A stretch of 64,000 nt of DNA from Waterburya sp. (GCA_051658085.1 JBOFLX010000030.1:32952-96951); one strand, 5' to 3'. Shown: positions 11,792 to 21,674, counted from the stretch's first letter. Notes: generated by a model not told the origin, from the letters alone. Numbers and translations are program-made.

Positions 11792-13156
11792 TTAATTAGC
11801 TTTCTTAACTACAGACTGACGCAAAGCCTCTAGAGAATTAGAAATATTAACATTAAAAGCTTGAGGGTTGCTGATTTGTCGAATACTGTCAGGTAGACTA
11901 GCAACAGAATGAGCAGTGCGTTGCTGAATTATATCTAAACTCTCTGATGACTTTAGCCTTTTACCAGACTGCATGACAATTTCTAATAAACTTACCTCAT
12001 TAGCTTCGGGAATTTCAGTTTTTAAACCTAATCTATCTGACTGTACTTGACCATTGACTACAGTACGAAAAATTTGTTTGCAACCTGGATAAGTAAGTTT
12101 ATTAATAGACTGTTTCATTGTGGGAATATGAGCGATTTCTACTAATTTGTATACCCCGTTAACTGGCTCACCTGTAACTAATTTAGTACCAATGCCATAG
12201 CCATCTATCGACGCACCTTGTTCCTGTAATTCGGCAATTTTCCACTCATCTAAGTCCCCACTGACAAAAATGCTAGTTTCAGGTAAATGACAACGTACTT
12301 TGAGCGATAATTCTGCTAAATCTCCTGAATCAATTCGCACTCCTGTGACACTAATCATTCCAGTATCTACTTGGGCTTGTAAACGTTTTGCTGCTGCTAT
12401 GGTGTCGTAAGTATCTATTAATAAAGGTGCTTGGGGAAAATAGGTTTGAAAGGCTTTAAAAGCGTCATCTTCGCTGCCTACCAAGGTATTAATTGCCATT
12501 ACCAATGCATGAGCCATTGTGCCTCTCGGTTGTTCTCCCAGTTTTAAGGCTGCTAAAACATTAGATGTACCATCAAATCCTGCTGCTAAGGCTGCTCTAG
12601 CTGCCCAAATTGCTCCTTGAGGACTAAATGCTCTCCTCGTGCCAAATTCCAGAATATTCGCTGTTGTTCCCGCAATGTCTCTAATTCTTGCTGCTTTAGT
12701 GGCAATGAGAGTTTGATAGTTAATTGTATTTAGTAAATAGGTTTCTACAAGCTGTGCTTGCCATAAGGGAGCTTCGATTCTTAAAATTGGCTCTTTCGCA
12801 AAAACTGCACTGCCTTCTGGTACTGCCCAAACATCCCCTGTAAAGCCTCCTGACTTCAACAACTGCCAAAATTCTGGAGGTGCATGATTGAAAATCTCTG
12901 TAGCTTTTAAGGCTTGAATTTGTTCATCGCTAAAATTTAGCTGTTCTAAATATTCCAGTACTTGAGTTAACCCCATTGCAATTAAATAACCAAAATTTTG
13001 GGGTAAACGTCTTGTAGATAACTCAAAGCTAGCTTGGGTATTGGCAATTCCTTCTCCTGCATAACAGGCAGCCATTGTTAATTGATATAAGTCAGTCAAT
13101 AGAGAATAGTCTTGAGGATTTACATTTAACTCATTTTTTGGTATATTTTCTTTCAT
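11792..13156 (-). CDS. pncB: nicotinate phosphoribosyltransferase
   Basis: 454 aa; N-terminal YSLLTDLYQLTMA and internal FGTRRA motifs typical of NAPRTase family. Confidence 0.8.
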   Translation of the reverse strand: MKENIPKNELNVNPQDYSLLTDLYQLTMAACYAGEGIANTQASFELSTRRLPQNFGYLIAMGLTQVLEYLEQLNFSDEQIQALKATEIFNHAPPEFWQLLKSGGFTGDVWAVPEGSAVFAKEPILRIEAPLWQAQLVETYLLNTINYQTLIATKAARIRDIAGTTANILEFGTRRAFSPQGAIWAARAALAAGFDGTSNVLAALKLGEQPRGTMAHALVMAINTLVGSEDDAFKAFQTYFPQAPLLIDTYDTIAAAKRLQAQVDTGMISVTGVRIDSGDLAELSLKVRCHLPETSIFVSGDLDEWKIAELQEQGASIDGYGIGTKLVTGEPVNGVYKLVEIAHIPTMKQSINKLTYPGCKQIFRTVVNGQVQSDRLGLKTEIPEANEVSLLEIVMQSGKRLKSSESLDIIQQRTAHSVASLPDSIRQISNPQAFNVNISNSLEALRQSVVKKAN

Positions 13157-13168
13157 AATGGGTAATGT

Positions 13169-13194
13169 TTAGTATTTTTGGTAATTTTTACTAT
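13169..13194. promoter_or_regulatory. candidate NrtR operator: inverted repeat TTAGTA-N14-TACTA in pncB/bioB divergent intergenic region
   Basis: near-palindrome seen directly; 13-mer TTTAGTATTTTTG recurs exactly at 11209-11221 at the other edge of the NAD gene block. Confidence 0.25.
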
Positions 13195-13298
13195 AAATAA
13201 ATATATTTTATCGACCTAAAGATATTAATTATTAGATAAAGTACACTATCTTAAGTACAAAAGCGATCTATAAACAAAAAAAGAGTCGCCTAATCTTT

Positions 13299-14357
13299 AT
13301 GACTAAAACTCTCGACTATCAAGCCTTAGCTGAATGTTCCCTAGCAGGGGAGTTAATCGATCGCCCTACAGCCCAAAGCATTTTGTCAGCCCCTGATTTA
13401 GTATTACTGGAACAATTAGCAGCAGCTTATAAAATTCGACATCACTATTGGTCAAATCGGGTGAGATTACATTTCCTACTCAATGCCCAAAGTGGCTTAT
13501 GTCCTGAAGATTGTAACTATTGTTCTCAGTCCAAAATTTCTACTGCTGAGATTGAAAAATACCCCCTAATTGCCCAATCAAAGATTTTACAAGCAGCAGA
13601 GCGAGCAGCCAGCCTAAAAGCAGGCACGTTTTGTATGGCGATTTCAGGGCGATCGCCTTCCGAATCAGTATTTAATAGTGTGTTAGAAGCCTTTCAAACT
13701 GTTAAAGCCAAACACGATTTAAAAATCTGTGCATGTTTAGGGTTATTGAGCGAATCACAAACCGAGCGTCTAGCAGCAGTGGGAGTGGATCGAGTTAACC
13801 ATAATTTAAATACTTCCGAAAATCACCACGCTAATATCTGTAGCACTCACACCTTTCGCGATCGCGTTACCACTCTCAAAAACGTCCAAAAAGCAGGAAT
13901 TACTACCTGTTCAGGCGGTATTTTAGGGATGAATGAAACCGATGACGATATTATCGATCTAGCTTATTCTCTACGAGAGTTAGACGTTACCAGTGTGCCG
14001 ATTAATTTCTTAATTCCCATTGCTGGTACACCTTTAGCTGATATTAATCAACTTAATCCCCGTCGTTGTTTACGTATCTTATCCTTGTTTAGATTTATTC
14101 TCCCCAAACAAGAAATCAGAATTGCTGGAGGGAGAGAAGTTCATTTAAGATCTTTACAGGTTATGGGTTTATATCCTGCCAACTCAATTTTTGTCGGTGA
14201 TTACCTAACTACCGCAGGACAAGCAGCCCAAACCGATTTAGCAATGATTCGCGATGCTGGATTTGTTCTCGAAGCCCCCGATGGTTCAATTTTAGAAACA
14301 GAAACTCTACCAGAATTAAATGTGCAATTTAAACAGTCTGCATTATCTGGAGACTAA
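13299..14357 (+). CDS. bioB: biotin synthase (radical SAM)
   Basis: 352 aa; [11 protein letters not shown] CxxxCxxC motif, downstream Cys ligands for 2Fe-2S cluster. Confidence 0.8.
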   Translation: MTKTLDYQALAECSLAGELIDRPTAQSILSAPDLVLLEQLAAAYKIRHHYWSNRVRLHFLLNAQSGLCPEDCNYCSQSKISTAEIEKYPLIAQSKILQAAERAASLKAGTFCMAISGRSPSESVFNSVLEAFQTVKAKHDLKICACLGLLSESQTERLAAVGVDRVNHNLNTSENHHANICSTHTFRDRVTTLKNVQKAGITTCSGGILGMNETDDDIIDLAYSLRELDVTSVPINFLIPIAGTPLADINQLNPRRCLRILSLFRFILPKQEIRIAGGREVHLRSLQVMGLYPANSIFVGDYLTTAGQAAQTDLAMIRDAGFVLEAPDGSILETETLPELNVQFKQSALSGD

Positions 14358-14384
14358 GCTGTTACGCACTTAAATCAATAATAG
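14356..14384. repeat. solo terminal-inverted-repeat fragment of the MITE family (aagctgttacgcacttaaatcaataat)
   Basis: 29 bp identical to the terminus of copies B/A; overlaps the TAA stop codon of bioB. Confidence 0.6.
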
Positions 14385-14488
14385 AGTGTAATCTATCTAA
14401 AAAATACCTGAATTTTACCTCTTTTCCTTGCTTGGCAACCGTACAATACTGGTTAATAAAATTGAAGCTGTGACGGTGCAAAAGGAAG

Positions 14489-14938
14489 ATGAACGAACAT
14501 TGCATGATTCCTATAATGAAAACACCTAGAGATTATCAAGCTTATCGGATTAGTCCTAAAGATAGTAATCGTCTAGCAATCATTTTTGATCCCAATATTG
14601 CCAATGACTCCTTAACTGTCTGCGTAGAAATTTATGATGTTGGTGGTGCAACTCCTCACAATCGTCATGATTTTGCTGTCGAGATGTTTTTTATTCTTAA
14701 AGGGGAAGGTATAGCAGTCTGTGATGGTAAAGAAATTCCTTTTCATAGTGGAGATAGCATTTTAATCCCCAAAACAGGCACTCATTATCTAAAAAATACA
14801 GGTTCCGAACGTTTATATACTTTATGTATGATGGTTCCTAATGAAAACTTTTCGGAGTTGATCCGTAGCGGTACACCTGTAACTTTAGATGAACAAGATT
14901 TACAAGTTTTATCTCGTGTCAGTAACAATTTAGATTAA
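14489..14938 (+). CDS. cupin domain protein
   Basis: 149 aa; HxH...E...H-like metal site (HNRHDFAVEMFF, GTHY) in beta-barrel context. Confidence 0.55.
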   Translation: MNEHCMIPIMKTPRDYQAYRISPKDSNRLAIIFDPNIANDSLTVCVEIYDVGGATPHNRHDFAVEMFFILKGEGIAVCDGKEIPFHSGDSILIPKTGTHYLKNTGSERLYTLCMMVPNENFSELIRSGTPVTLDEQDLQVLSRVSNNLD

Positions 14939-17808
14939 TAACTAATACCTGTGTTACACACATTATTACCTTTTGGCTGTGATGGAGAACTATTAGATTT
15001 ATGAGCAACTAATTCTACAATACCGCGATCGTTAACTATCCATCCCTGAGCCTCGACAATTTCTGCCTTTTTTTCTATGGAGGCGTTTTGCACACTACTA
15101 CTACTACCTTCATCTGCCCCTAAACTTGTGGGTTCGACCAAATCAACCTCACTCATTTCTCCCTCTCGCGCTTGATTAGGACTCGGTGCAATTCCCCCTT
15201 TACCCGTCACAATAAATTCACTTCCCTGTCCTTGTTGACAGAAATTTTGCTCTACTAATCCTGCTACATCGATTATTTCTACGGGTAATTCTTCTAATCC
15301 TTCTGTAGGGTTAACATCAAGTTCGTTAATATTGACTGTTCCATCTAAACCAAAGTTGGAAGAAGCATCCAGATCATTAGTATTGTTTATGGGTGTAGAA
15401 CCTCTTTCTTCAATACCAAAGATGGCATTAGTGAAAAGCTCGATATTACCTCCATTTCCTTGGGCAGCAGAAGCAACAATATCGTTATTTTGGTTAGGAA
15501 AAGCAATAACAAAATTAGCGTCTATATTTATATTGCCACCATCAGCATTTTTCAGTGCTTGAGCAGAAATTGTACTGCTATTTCGTAAGCTCAAATTATC
15601 AGCAATTTGTAGAGTAATATTGCCACCTGTATTGCCTGCTATTCCATTTCCTTGATTGGTGGCATTGATTAAAGCATTGTCGCTAATAGACAAGTTTCGT
15701 GTCGAGATCTTGATATTACCGCCAGAACCTGTAGAATTAGCATCTGTATTAGCGAATATACCACTAGCAGCACCTTCATTGCGCACAATTGGTCTACCTA
15801 TTCGCGCTAATCTTTCAGGGAAAGTAGGATCGCTGCCAGTGATTGTAGTGTTTTCAGTTGTATTGATTGAAATATTACCTGCATCACCGCTACCACGACT
15901 GGTTGTGAGAATTTGTCCGCCACCCTGAACTTGCAAGGTGTTAACGTCTAGGTTGATGTCCCCACCCCTTCCTTGCCCACTAGTGCTAGCACCTATAACA
16001 GCCCCATTTTCAACCGTTAAAGAATTGGCTGTAATTTTTATCTCTCTGCCGTTGCCATTAGAGCCTGCTTCCACCGTGCTAAAAGCACTACTAGAATAAC
16101 CATTTGTACCAGTGCCATTAAAGGAAACTGCACCAGTAGCATTAATTGTCACGCTGCCTGCGTCTTTTGCTACAAAATTACTAACCAAGAGTGTTGCACC
16201 ATTGGTAACATTGAGCGAGTCAGTATTGATCACAATCGCTCCACCATTTCCACTCGCTAACTCAAAAGCTGCACTACCTATACCACTTGAGCCATTGCTT
16301 CCTGCTCCGTCCAAGAAAACTTCCTTGGCATTAACTGTTATATCGCCAGCATTTCCTTGAGCATTGGTATGAGCAACTATCGTAGCACCATTTAATAAAG
16401 ACAGTTTGGGTGCATTAATAGCAATTGTGCCACCGTTACCAACAGCATCAGCAAACACTTGGCTACCAATACCACTGTTTGTATCGCTTATTAAAACATT
16501 ATCACTGGCACTAATTGCTATACTGCCTGCATTTCCGCGCCCAACACTATGAGAAACTATGGTAGCACCGTCTAGTAAAGATACCTTTGGTGCATTAATA
16601 GCAATTTGACCACCGCTACCAGTCCCAAATAGACTGGCTGAGATAACGGTTTCTTCACTATTACCTGCACCATCATAAGAAAACGTATCGCTAGCATTAA
16701 TTATGATGTTACCTGTATTTCCCTGTCCAAAGCTGTTGCCAGAAATTATGGCACCGTTATTTAAAAAAAGCGATCGCCCTGTCATCTCAACATTGCCACC
16801 ATTACCAATTCCTTGTTCGTATACTTCATTAGCAATTGTGCTGTTATCTAGGGTAATATTCCCACTAGCATTTAAGGTGATATCTTCAGCTTGTATCCCT
16901 GAGAATTGGAAATTTGCATCGATACCCGCCTGAATATTACTACCAGAGAGAATATCAATATTATTGGCGTTTATGGCAATACTGCCTTGTCCATTACCAT
17001 TGACTGCCAGGTTAGTAGTATCTGTGAGACTAATATTCTGAAAATTTGTAACGTCTTGATAATCCAATAACCAGCCAGTATTTGCCGACGTGAGATTAAC
17101 TAAACTATTCTCGGCAACGCTACCCAATTCTATCCGTCCACTAGTAGTTTTTAGGGTTGCGCCTTTTAAATTAATATCTCCACCCACTAAGGCTAAGGTT
17201 TGATCTGGTTGCACCTGTAAATTAGCTTCTGTATCAGTAATACTAGACTCGCTCGCTTGTTGACCATTTCCTTGTACTTGAATCGAACTAGAATTTGCTC
17301 CAAATTGTAAACCGATAGGGATATTAATAGATAACAAGGGTGTATTTTGAGGATTTTTTGCACTAAATTCACTACCATCGGCAAATTGTAAACTCTCAGC
17401 AGATGTACCAAGAAAAGAACCACCTATATTTAATTGGGCATTTTCACCAAATACAATTCCATTGGGATTCATTAAAAATAGATTGGCTGCACCATTAGCC
17501 TTAATTAAACCATCAATATTAGAAATTGCACCACCTGTAACTCGGCTGATAATGTTTTGAATATCTACGCTGTTGTTAAAAAATGCTTCTGAGCCTGTAG
17601 GGACTGAAAAATCTTGAAAACTGTGAAATAAATTGCTACCTGCTTGAGTTCCACCCGTAATAATTCTAGTATTCTCCTCTAATCTAACATTGGAATTATT
17701 TGGCAGAGTTGCATCTGGGGTAATTTGGGCTACTGAATTATTAGCGTAAAAAGCGATCGCGCCTGTGATGGCAATGTTTAAAGTCTTTAACCAGTTCAAA
17801 TGCATCAT
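14935..17808 (-). CDS. filamentous-haemagglutinin N-terminal (TPS/haemagg_act) domain exoprotein, beta-helical repeat protein
   Basis: 957 aa; signal peptide, then NTRIITGGTQAGSNLFHSFQDFSV...ANLFLMNPNGIVFG (TPS secretion domain NPNG motif), long G/N/S-rich beta-helix repeats, conserved C-terminal FIVTGKGGIAPSP motif. Confidence 0.8.
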   Translation of the reverse strand: MMHLNWLKTLNIAITGAIAFYANNSVAQITPDATLPNNSNVRLEENTRIITGGTQAGSNLFHSFQDFSVPTGSEAFFNNSVDIQNIISRVTGGAISNIDGLIKANGAANLFLMNPNGIVFGENAQLNIGGSFLGTSAESLQFADGSEFSAKNPQNTPLLSINIPIGLQFGANSSSIQVQGNGQQASESSITDTEANLQVQPDQTLALVGGDINLKGATLKTTSGRIELGSVAENSLVNLTSANTGWLLDYQDVTNFQNISLTDTTNLAVNGNGQGSIAINANNIDILSGSNIQAGIDANFQFSGIQAEDITLNASGNITLDNSTIANEVYEQGIGNGGNVEMTGRSLFLNNGAIISGNSFGQGNTGNIIINASDTFSYDGAGNSEETVISASLFGTGSGGQIAINAPKVSLLDGATIVSHSVGRGNAGSIAISASDNVLISDTNSGIGSQVFADAVGNGGTIAINAPKLSLLNGATIVAHTNAQGNAGDITVNAKEVFLDGAGSNGSSGIGSAAFELASGNGGAIVINTDSLNVTNGATLLVSNFVAKDAGSVTINATGAVSFNGTGTNGYSSSAFSTVEAGSNGNGREIKITANSLTVENGAVIGASTSGQGRGGDINLDVNTLQVQGGGQILTTSRGSGDAGNISINTTENTTITGSDPTFPERLARIGRPIVRNEGAASGIFANTDANSTGSGGNIKISTRNLSISDNALINATNQGNGIAGNTGGNITLQIADNLSLRNSSTISAQALKNADGGNINIDANFVIAFPNQNNDIVASAAQGNGGNIELFTNAIFGIEERGSTPINNTNDLDASSNFGLDGTVNINELDVNPTEGLEELPVEIIDVAGLVEQNFCQQGQGSEFIVTGKGGIAPSPNQAREGEMSEVDLVEPTSLGADEGSSSSVQNASIEKKAEIVEAQGWIVNDRGIVELVAHKSNSSPSQPKGNNVCNTGISY

Positions 17809-17840
17809 CCTGAACCCATGTTTACTTAAATATTAAAAGC

Positions 17841-17900
17841 GAAAAGTGAATCATTTAGATCGCACCTGAACAAATACCCGAATTTTTCCCCTGTAAATCT
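17841..17900. promoter_or_regulatory. conserved ~60-bp motif (copy 1) in divergent intergenic region between the two TPS-exoprotein genes
   Basis: gaaaagtgaatcatttagatcgcacctgaacaaatacccgaatttttcccctgtaaat; ~88 percent identical second copy at 20563-20626. Confidence 0.4.
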
Positions 17901-17934
17901 TATTTAGTAAATTACAGAATGTTAACAAACCCTA

Positions 17935-20541
17935 TTGAGGAGTATAGATTTGAAACGACGCTTTTCTCTATCCTGGTTTTTTGCTATTTGTCTGGCTACA
18001 AGTTTACTTCCAAGCAATTCTGCTTCAGCCCAGGTTACTTCAGATGGCACGACTGGAACTGTAGTTGATGCTAATGGCAATAGTTTTGAAATTAATGCAG
18101 GTACTAGAAGCGGAGACAATCTGTTTCATAGTTTTGAAGAATTTTCAGTCCCTAACGGTGGAGAAGCAGTTTTCAATAACGCTGTAGATATCAGTAATAT
18201 CTTGTCTAGGGTTACAGGGGGAGAGATTTCTAATATCGATGGTTTAATTGAGGCACAGGGCGGTGCTAATCTATTTTTGATCAACCCTGCTGGGATTATT
18301 TTTGGTCAAGGTGCAAGTTTATCTATTGGTGGTTCGTTTTATGGTAGTACTGCGGATAGTATTGTGTTTGAAGATGGGGAATTTAGCGCAGTCAATAATT
18401 TAAATCAACCAATACTGACTATTAACGCTCCCATTGGTTTGAATTTGAGAGATAATCCTAATGGTATTGCTGTCAATGGTAATAACAATGGTACAGAACC
18501 TGCTGATTTTTCTGCACTATCTGTACTCGAAGATCAAAGTCTCTATTTGATTGGTGGCAACATCGAGCTGAACAATGCAACATTATCAGCACTTGAGGGC
18601 AATATAACATTGGGAGGCTTACAGACTTCGGGAACTGTTGATATTAATGAAAATGGCAACTTAAATTTTCCTGAAAACTTGGCTAGAGGAAATATCTCTT
18701 TAGATAATTCTAGTGTTTCTCTTGGTTTTGGCAGCAATAATGGTGAAGGTGGGACTATTAATCTTAATGGCAATAATATAGAGTTGCTGAATAATAGTAT
18801 GCTAATGAACAGTATAGATGCTAATTCTGGTTCTACCGAAGCTCAAGCAGGAAATATTAACCTTAATGCGACTGAAACAATAAATTTAAGTGGAAGAAGC
18901 GTTATACGAAATCTAGTCGAGAGTGGCTCAGAGGGGAATAGTGGTAATTTAGAACCAGGAGCAATAAGCAATGGTGGTAATGTAGATATTACAACAGCTA
19001 ATCTTTCTATTGACAATGGCGCATCTATTAGTGCTGGTACTTTGGGCGAGGGAGATGGCGGAGATGTCACAATTAATGCGACTGAATCAATCACTCTTGA
19101 TGGTACAACTCCTGATGGTCAATTTCGCAGTGTAATTACCAGTCAAGTAGAATCAGGAGCAACAGGCAATGGTGGTAATGTAGATATTACAACAGCTAAT
19201 CTTTCTATTGACAATGGCGCATTTATTAGTGCTGGTACTTTGGGAGAGGGAGATGGCGGAAATGTTTTAATTAATGCGACTGACTCAATCACTCTTGATG
19301 GTACAACTCCTGATGGTCAATTTCGTAGTGTAATTGCTAGTCAAGTAGAATCAGGAGCAATAGCCAATGGTGGTAATATAGATGTTACAACAGCTAATCT
19401 TTCTATTGACAATGGCGCATTTATTAGTGCTGGTACTTTGGGAGAGGGAGATGGCGGAGATGTCACAATTAATGCGACTGAATTAATCACTCTTGATGGT
19501 ACAACTCCTGATGGTCAATTTCGCAGTGTAATTGCCAGTCAAGTAGAATCAGGAGCAATAGGCAATGGTGGTAATGTAGATATTACAACAGCTAATCTCT
19601 CTCTTGACAATGGCGCATTTATTAGTGCTAGTACTTTGGGAGAGGGAGATGGCGGAAATGTTTTAATTAATGCTGAAAAATTAATCACTCTTAATGGTAG
19701 AACTCCTGATGGTCAATTTCCCAGTGTAATTGCTAGTGAGGTAAACCAGGAAGCAATAGGCAATGGTGGTAGTGTTGAGATTACAACAGCTAATCTCTCT
19801 CTTGACAATGGCGCAGCAATTAGTACTAGTACTGTCGGAGAGGGAAATGGTGGAGATTTAACTTTCAATATAGGCGATCGCTTGACTCTAGAAGAAAACA
19901 GTGATATTTCAGCAGAAGTTATTGGAACTAATGCCAATGGAGGCGACATAACTATCAATGCTGAAAATGGTTTTGTAGTTGCTTTTCCCAATCAAAATGA
20001 AGGTAATGGCAGCGATTTTATTACTAGATCTCCAGAAGGTAAAGGTGGAAATATTGAGATGAATGCTCAAGGGGTTTTGGGTTTAGAAGAAGGGAATGCT
20101 AATCTTGCTAACAATATCAACAATATTGATGCTAGTGGAACTGTTGATGGTGTGGTAAAGATTAATACTCCTAATTCAGATGCAATTGAAGGAACAACTC
20201 AACTACCTAATAATCCTGTAGAAGCTGGAGAAACTGTTACTCAAGCTTGTGTTTCTGGTCAGGGTGTTGATGGTAATAATCTGATAGTTAGTGGTAAAGG
20301 TGGCATACCTCGTCAACCTATTGAACCGTTAGTTGCCGATTCAATTTATGTTAACGGTCAGACAATACAATCAACATCTCCTCAGCCAGAAGCTATTAAA
20401 CCAATAAAAACTAGTAAAGGTGATATTATTCCTGCCCAGGGAGTCGATATTACAAAAGATGGAAGGGTTATTCTAACAGCCTATCCCACTAGTAATAATT
20501 CTAGAACTCCAAAAACATCCACTAATTGCGGTAAATCATGA
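17935..20541 (+). CDS. filamentous-haemagglutinin N-terminal (TPS/haemagg_act) domain exoprotein with internal 66-aa tandem repeats
   Basis: 868 aa; signal peptide, GDNLFHSFEEFSV...ANLFLINPAGIIFG TPS domain, five 66-aa repeats, C-terminal LIVSGKGGIPRQP motif shared with the upstream paralogue. Confidence 0.8.
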   Translation: MRSIDLKRRFSLSWFFAICLATSLLPSNSASAQVTSDGTTGTVVDANGNSFEINAGTRSGDNLFHSFEEFSVPNGGEAVFNNAVDISNILSRVTGGEISNIDGLIEAQGGANLFLINPAGIIFGQGASLSIGGSFYGSTADSIVFEDGEFSAVNNLNQPILTINAPIGLNLRDNPNGIAVNGNNNGTEPADFSALSVLEDQSLYLIGGNIELNNATLSALEGNITLGGLQTSGTVDINENGNLNFPENLARGNISLDNSSVSLGFGSNNGEGGTINLNGNNIELLNNSMLMNSIDANSGSTEAQAGNINLNATETINLSGRSVIRNLVESGSEGNSGNLEPGAISNGGNVDITTANLSIDNGASISAGTLGEGDGGDVTINATESITLDGTTPDGQFRSVITSQVESGATGNGGNVDITTANLSIDNGAFISAGTLGEGDGGNVLINATDSITLDGTTPDGQFRSVIASQVESGAIANGGNIDVTTANLSIDNGAFISAGTLGEGDGGDVTINATELITLDGTTPDGQFRSVIASQVESGAIGNGGNVDITTANLSLDNGAFISASTLGEGDGGNVLINAEKLITLNGRTPDGQFPSVIASEVNQEAIGNGGSVEITTANLSLDNGAAISTSTVGEGNGGDLTFNIGDRLTLEENSDISAEVIGTNANGGDITINAENGFVVAFPNQNEGNGSDFITRSPEGKGGNIEMNAQGVLGLEEGNANLANNINNIDASGTVDGVVKINTPNSDAIEGTTQLPNNPVEAGETVTQACVSGQGVDGNNLIVSGKGGIPRQPIEPLVADSIYVNGQTIQSTSPQPEAIKPIKTSKGDIIPAQGVDITKDGRVILTAYPTSNNSRTPKTSTNCGKS
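18970..19960 (+). repeat. intragenic tandem repeat, 5 units of 198 bp (66 aa), central units nearly identical
   Basis: unit starts at 18970, 19168, 19366, 19564, 19762 (aatggtggtaatgtagatattacaacagctaatct...). Confidence 0.8.
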
Positions 20542-20562
20542 TAATCGCTGTGTTATTAAGGA

Positions 20563-20626
20563 TGAAAATTGCAGCATTTGGATCGCACCTGAATAAATAC
20601 CCAAATTTTTCCCCTTTAAATTCTTT
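20563..20626. promoter_or_regulatory. conserved ~60-bp motif (copy 2) downstream of TPS gene / upstream of DUF4278 ORF
   Basis: gaaaattgcagcatttggatcgcacctgaataaatacccaaatttttcccctttaaat. Confidence 0.4.
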
Positions 20627-20669
20627 TTGCTGAGTCACACAATAATGACAAATATACTTTTAAAACAAA

Positions 20670-20849
20670 ATGAGATTACATTTTTTAGGACAAACATACC
20701 ATACTACTGATCAACTAGTAGAAACTATTCCGTCAGATCTTACTGCTCATTTTCGAGGACAAAGTTATCAACTCCGCCGTCCAATTCAAACTTATCAACC
20801 TCATTTCTGTATCCGAAAGTATCGTGGTATTCTTTATTTGAAAAGCTAA
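20670..20849 (+). CDS. DUF4278-like small protein (59 aa), absent from the supplied ORF track
   Basis: hand-translated: MRLHFLGQTYHTTDQLVETIPSDLTAHFRGQSYQLRRPIQTYQPHFCIRKYRGILYLKS; duplicated (F/Y)RGxxY motif typical of cyanobacterial DUF4278 peptides. Confidence 0.5.
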   Translation: MRLHFLGQTYHTTDQLVETIPSDLTAHFRGQSYQLRRPIQTYQPHFCIRKYRGILYLKS

Positions 20850-20915
20850 AAAAATATAAATAATGCATTCAATAAAGTTACTTGGCATTTATATTTTGGA
20901 TAGCTAAATAAAAAA

Positions 20916-21371
20916 TTGAGGGAGGTATTTACGAGCATGAAAAATAATAAATCTAATTCCTTTACCGAACGTGAATTTGCAGAATATCATCAAGTAAATA
21001 GTATTCCCCGAAATATATTGCTTATGGAAGCAGAATGTTTCAATACGGTAAAAAATACAACAAATAATACTGAAGCATCAGAAAAGGGAATTCTTTTCAG
21101 TTTAGGATTTCTCGCTACATTGTTATTTTTCAGTGGGCTTCAATTACATTACTCTTTAAATATAGCTCCAGCTAAATTGGAAATTAATAAAACCCAAAAA
21201 GTGTCTGCTTCTAATACAAAAATATTGGCTACAGGAATTACCTTAAAAGAATTTAATAAAGTACAAAATTACCAAAAAATCAATTATTCAACTAATGAAA
21301 TTAGTAATTTAGTAAGTAACAATATAAGGCTTCAAGCTGCGCAGAATACTATTGCTCAAGGTAAATTTTAG
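20916..21371 (+). CDS. hypothetical N/K-rich low-complexity protein with one hydrophobic segment
   Basis: 151 aa ORF, AT-rich, weak. Confidence 0.3.
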   Translation: MREVFTSMKNNKSNSFTEREFAEYHQVNSIPRNILLMEAECFNTVKNTTNNTEASEKGILFSLGFLATLLFFSGLQLHYSLNIAPAKLEINKTQKVSASNTKILATGITLKEFNKVQNYQKINYSTNEISNLVSNNIRLQAAQNTIAQGKF

Positions 21372-21619
21372 TTGAATGCGTAATTACTGATTAACCAAGC
21401 TGCTATCATGGCTGAGTATGAGGGTCAAAAGTAAAAAATTTGAATTCTAAATTTAGAATTCAGAAAAAAAGTAGGTATACAAATTTATTACCTATTACTT
21501 ATTACTTTTATCGGTGTTGCATAGCTACGGGATGATTTAAAACAATTAGGTTTAATAAAAGCTATAAGCTATAAGCGATCTTGTTATAAGCTAATCGCTT
21601 TAAAACAGGTTGAATTCTC

Positions 21620-21674
21620 CCAGTCTCTTAGTCTCCTAATCCCCCAGTCCCCTAGTCTCTCAGTCCCCCAGTCG
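21620..21674. repeat. STRR-like heptamer array (CCCCAGT/CTCTTAG variants)
   Basis: cagtctcttagtctcctaatcccccagtcccctagtctctcagtcccccagtc. Confidence 0.6.

Noticed and set aside
21425-21470. Perfect palindrome gaattctaaatttagaattc as a rho-independent terminator for the 20916-21371 ORF
   Set aside because: On the plus strand the hairpin is followed by an A-run rather than a U-run. A U-rich tract follows only on the minus strand, where no upstream gene exists. It may be a structural or regulatory palindrome, but a terminator call is not supported.
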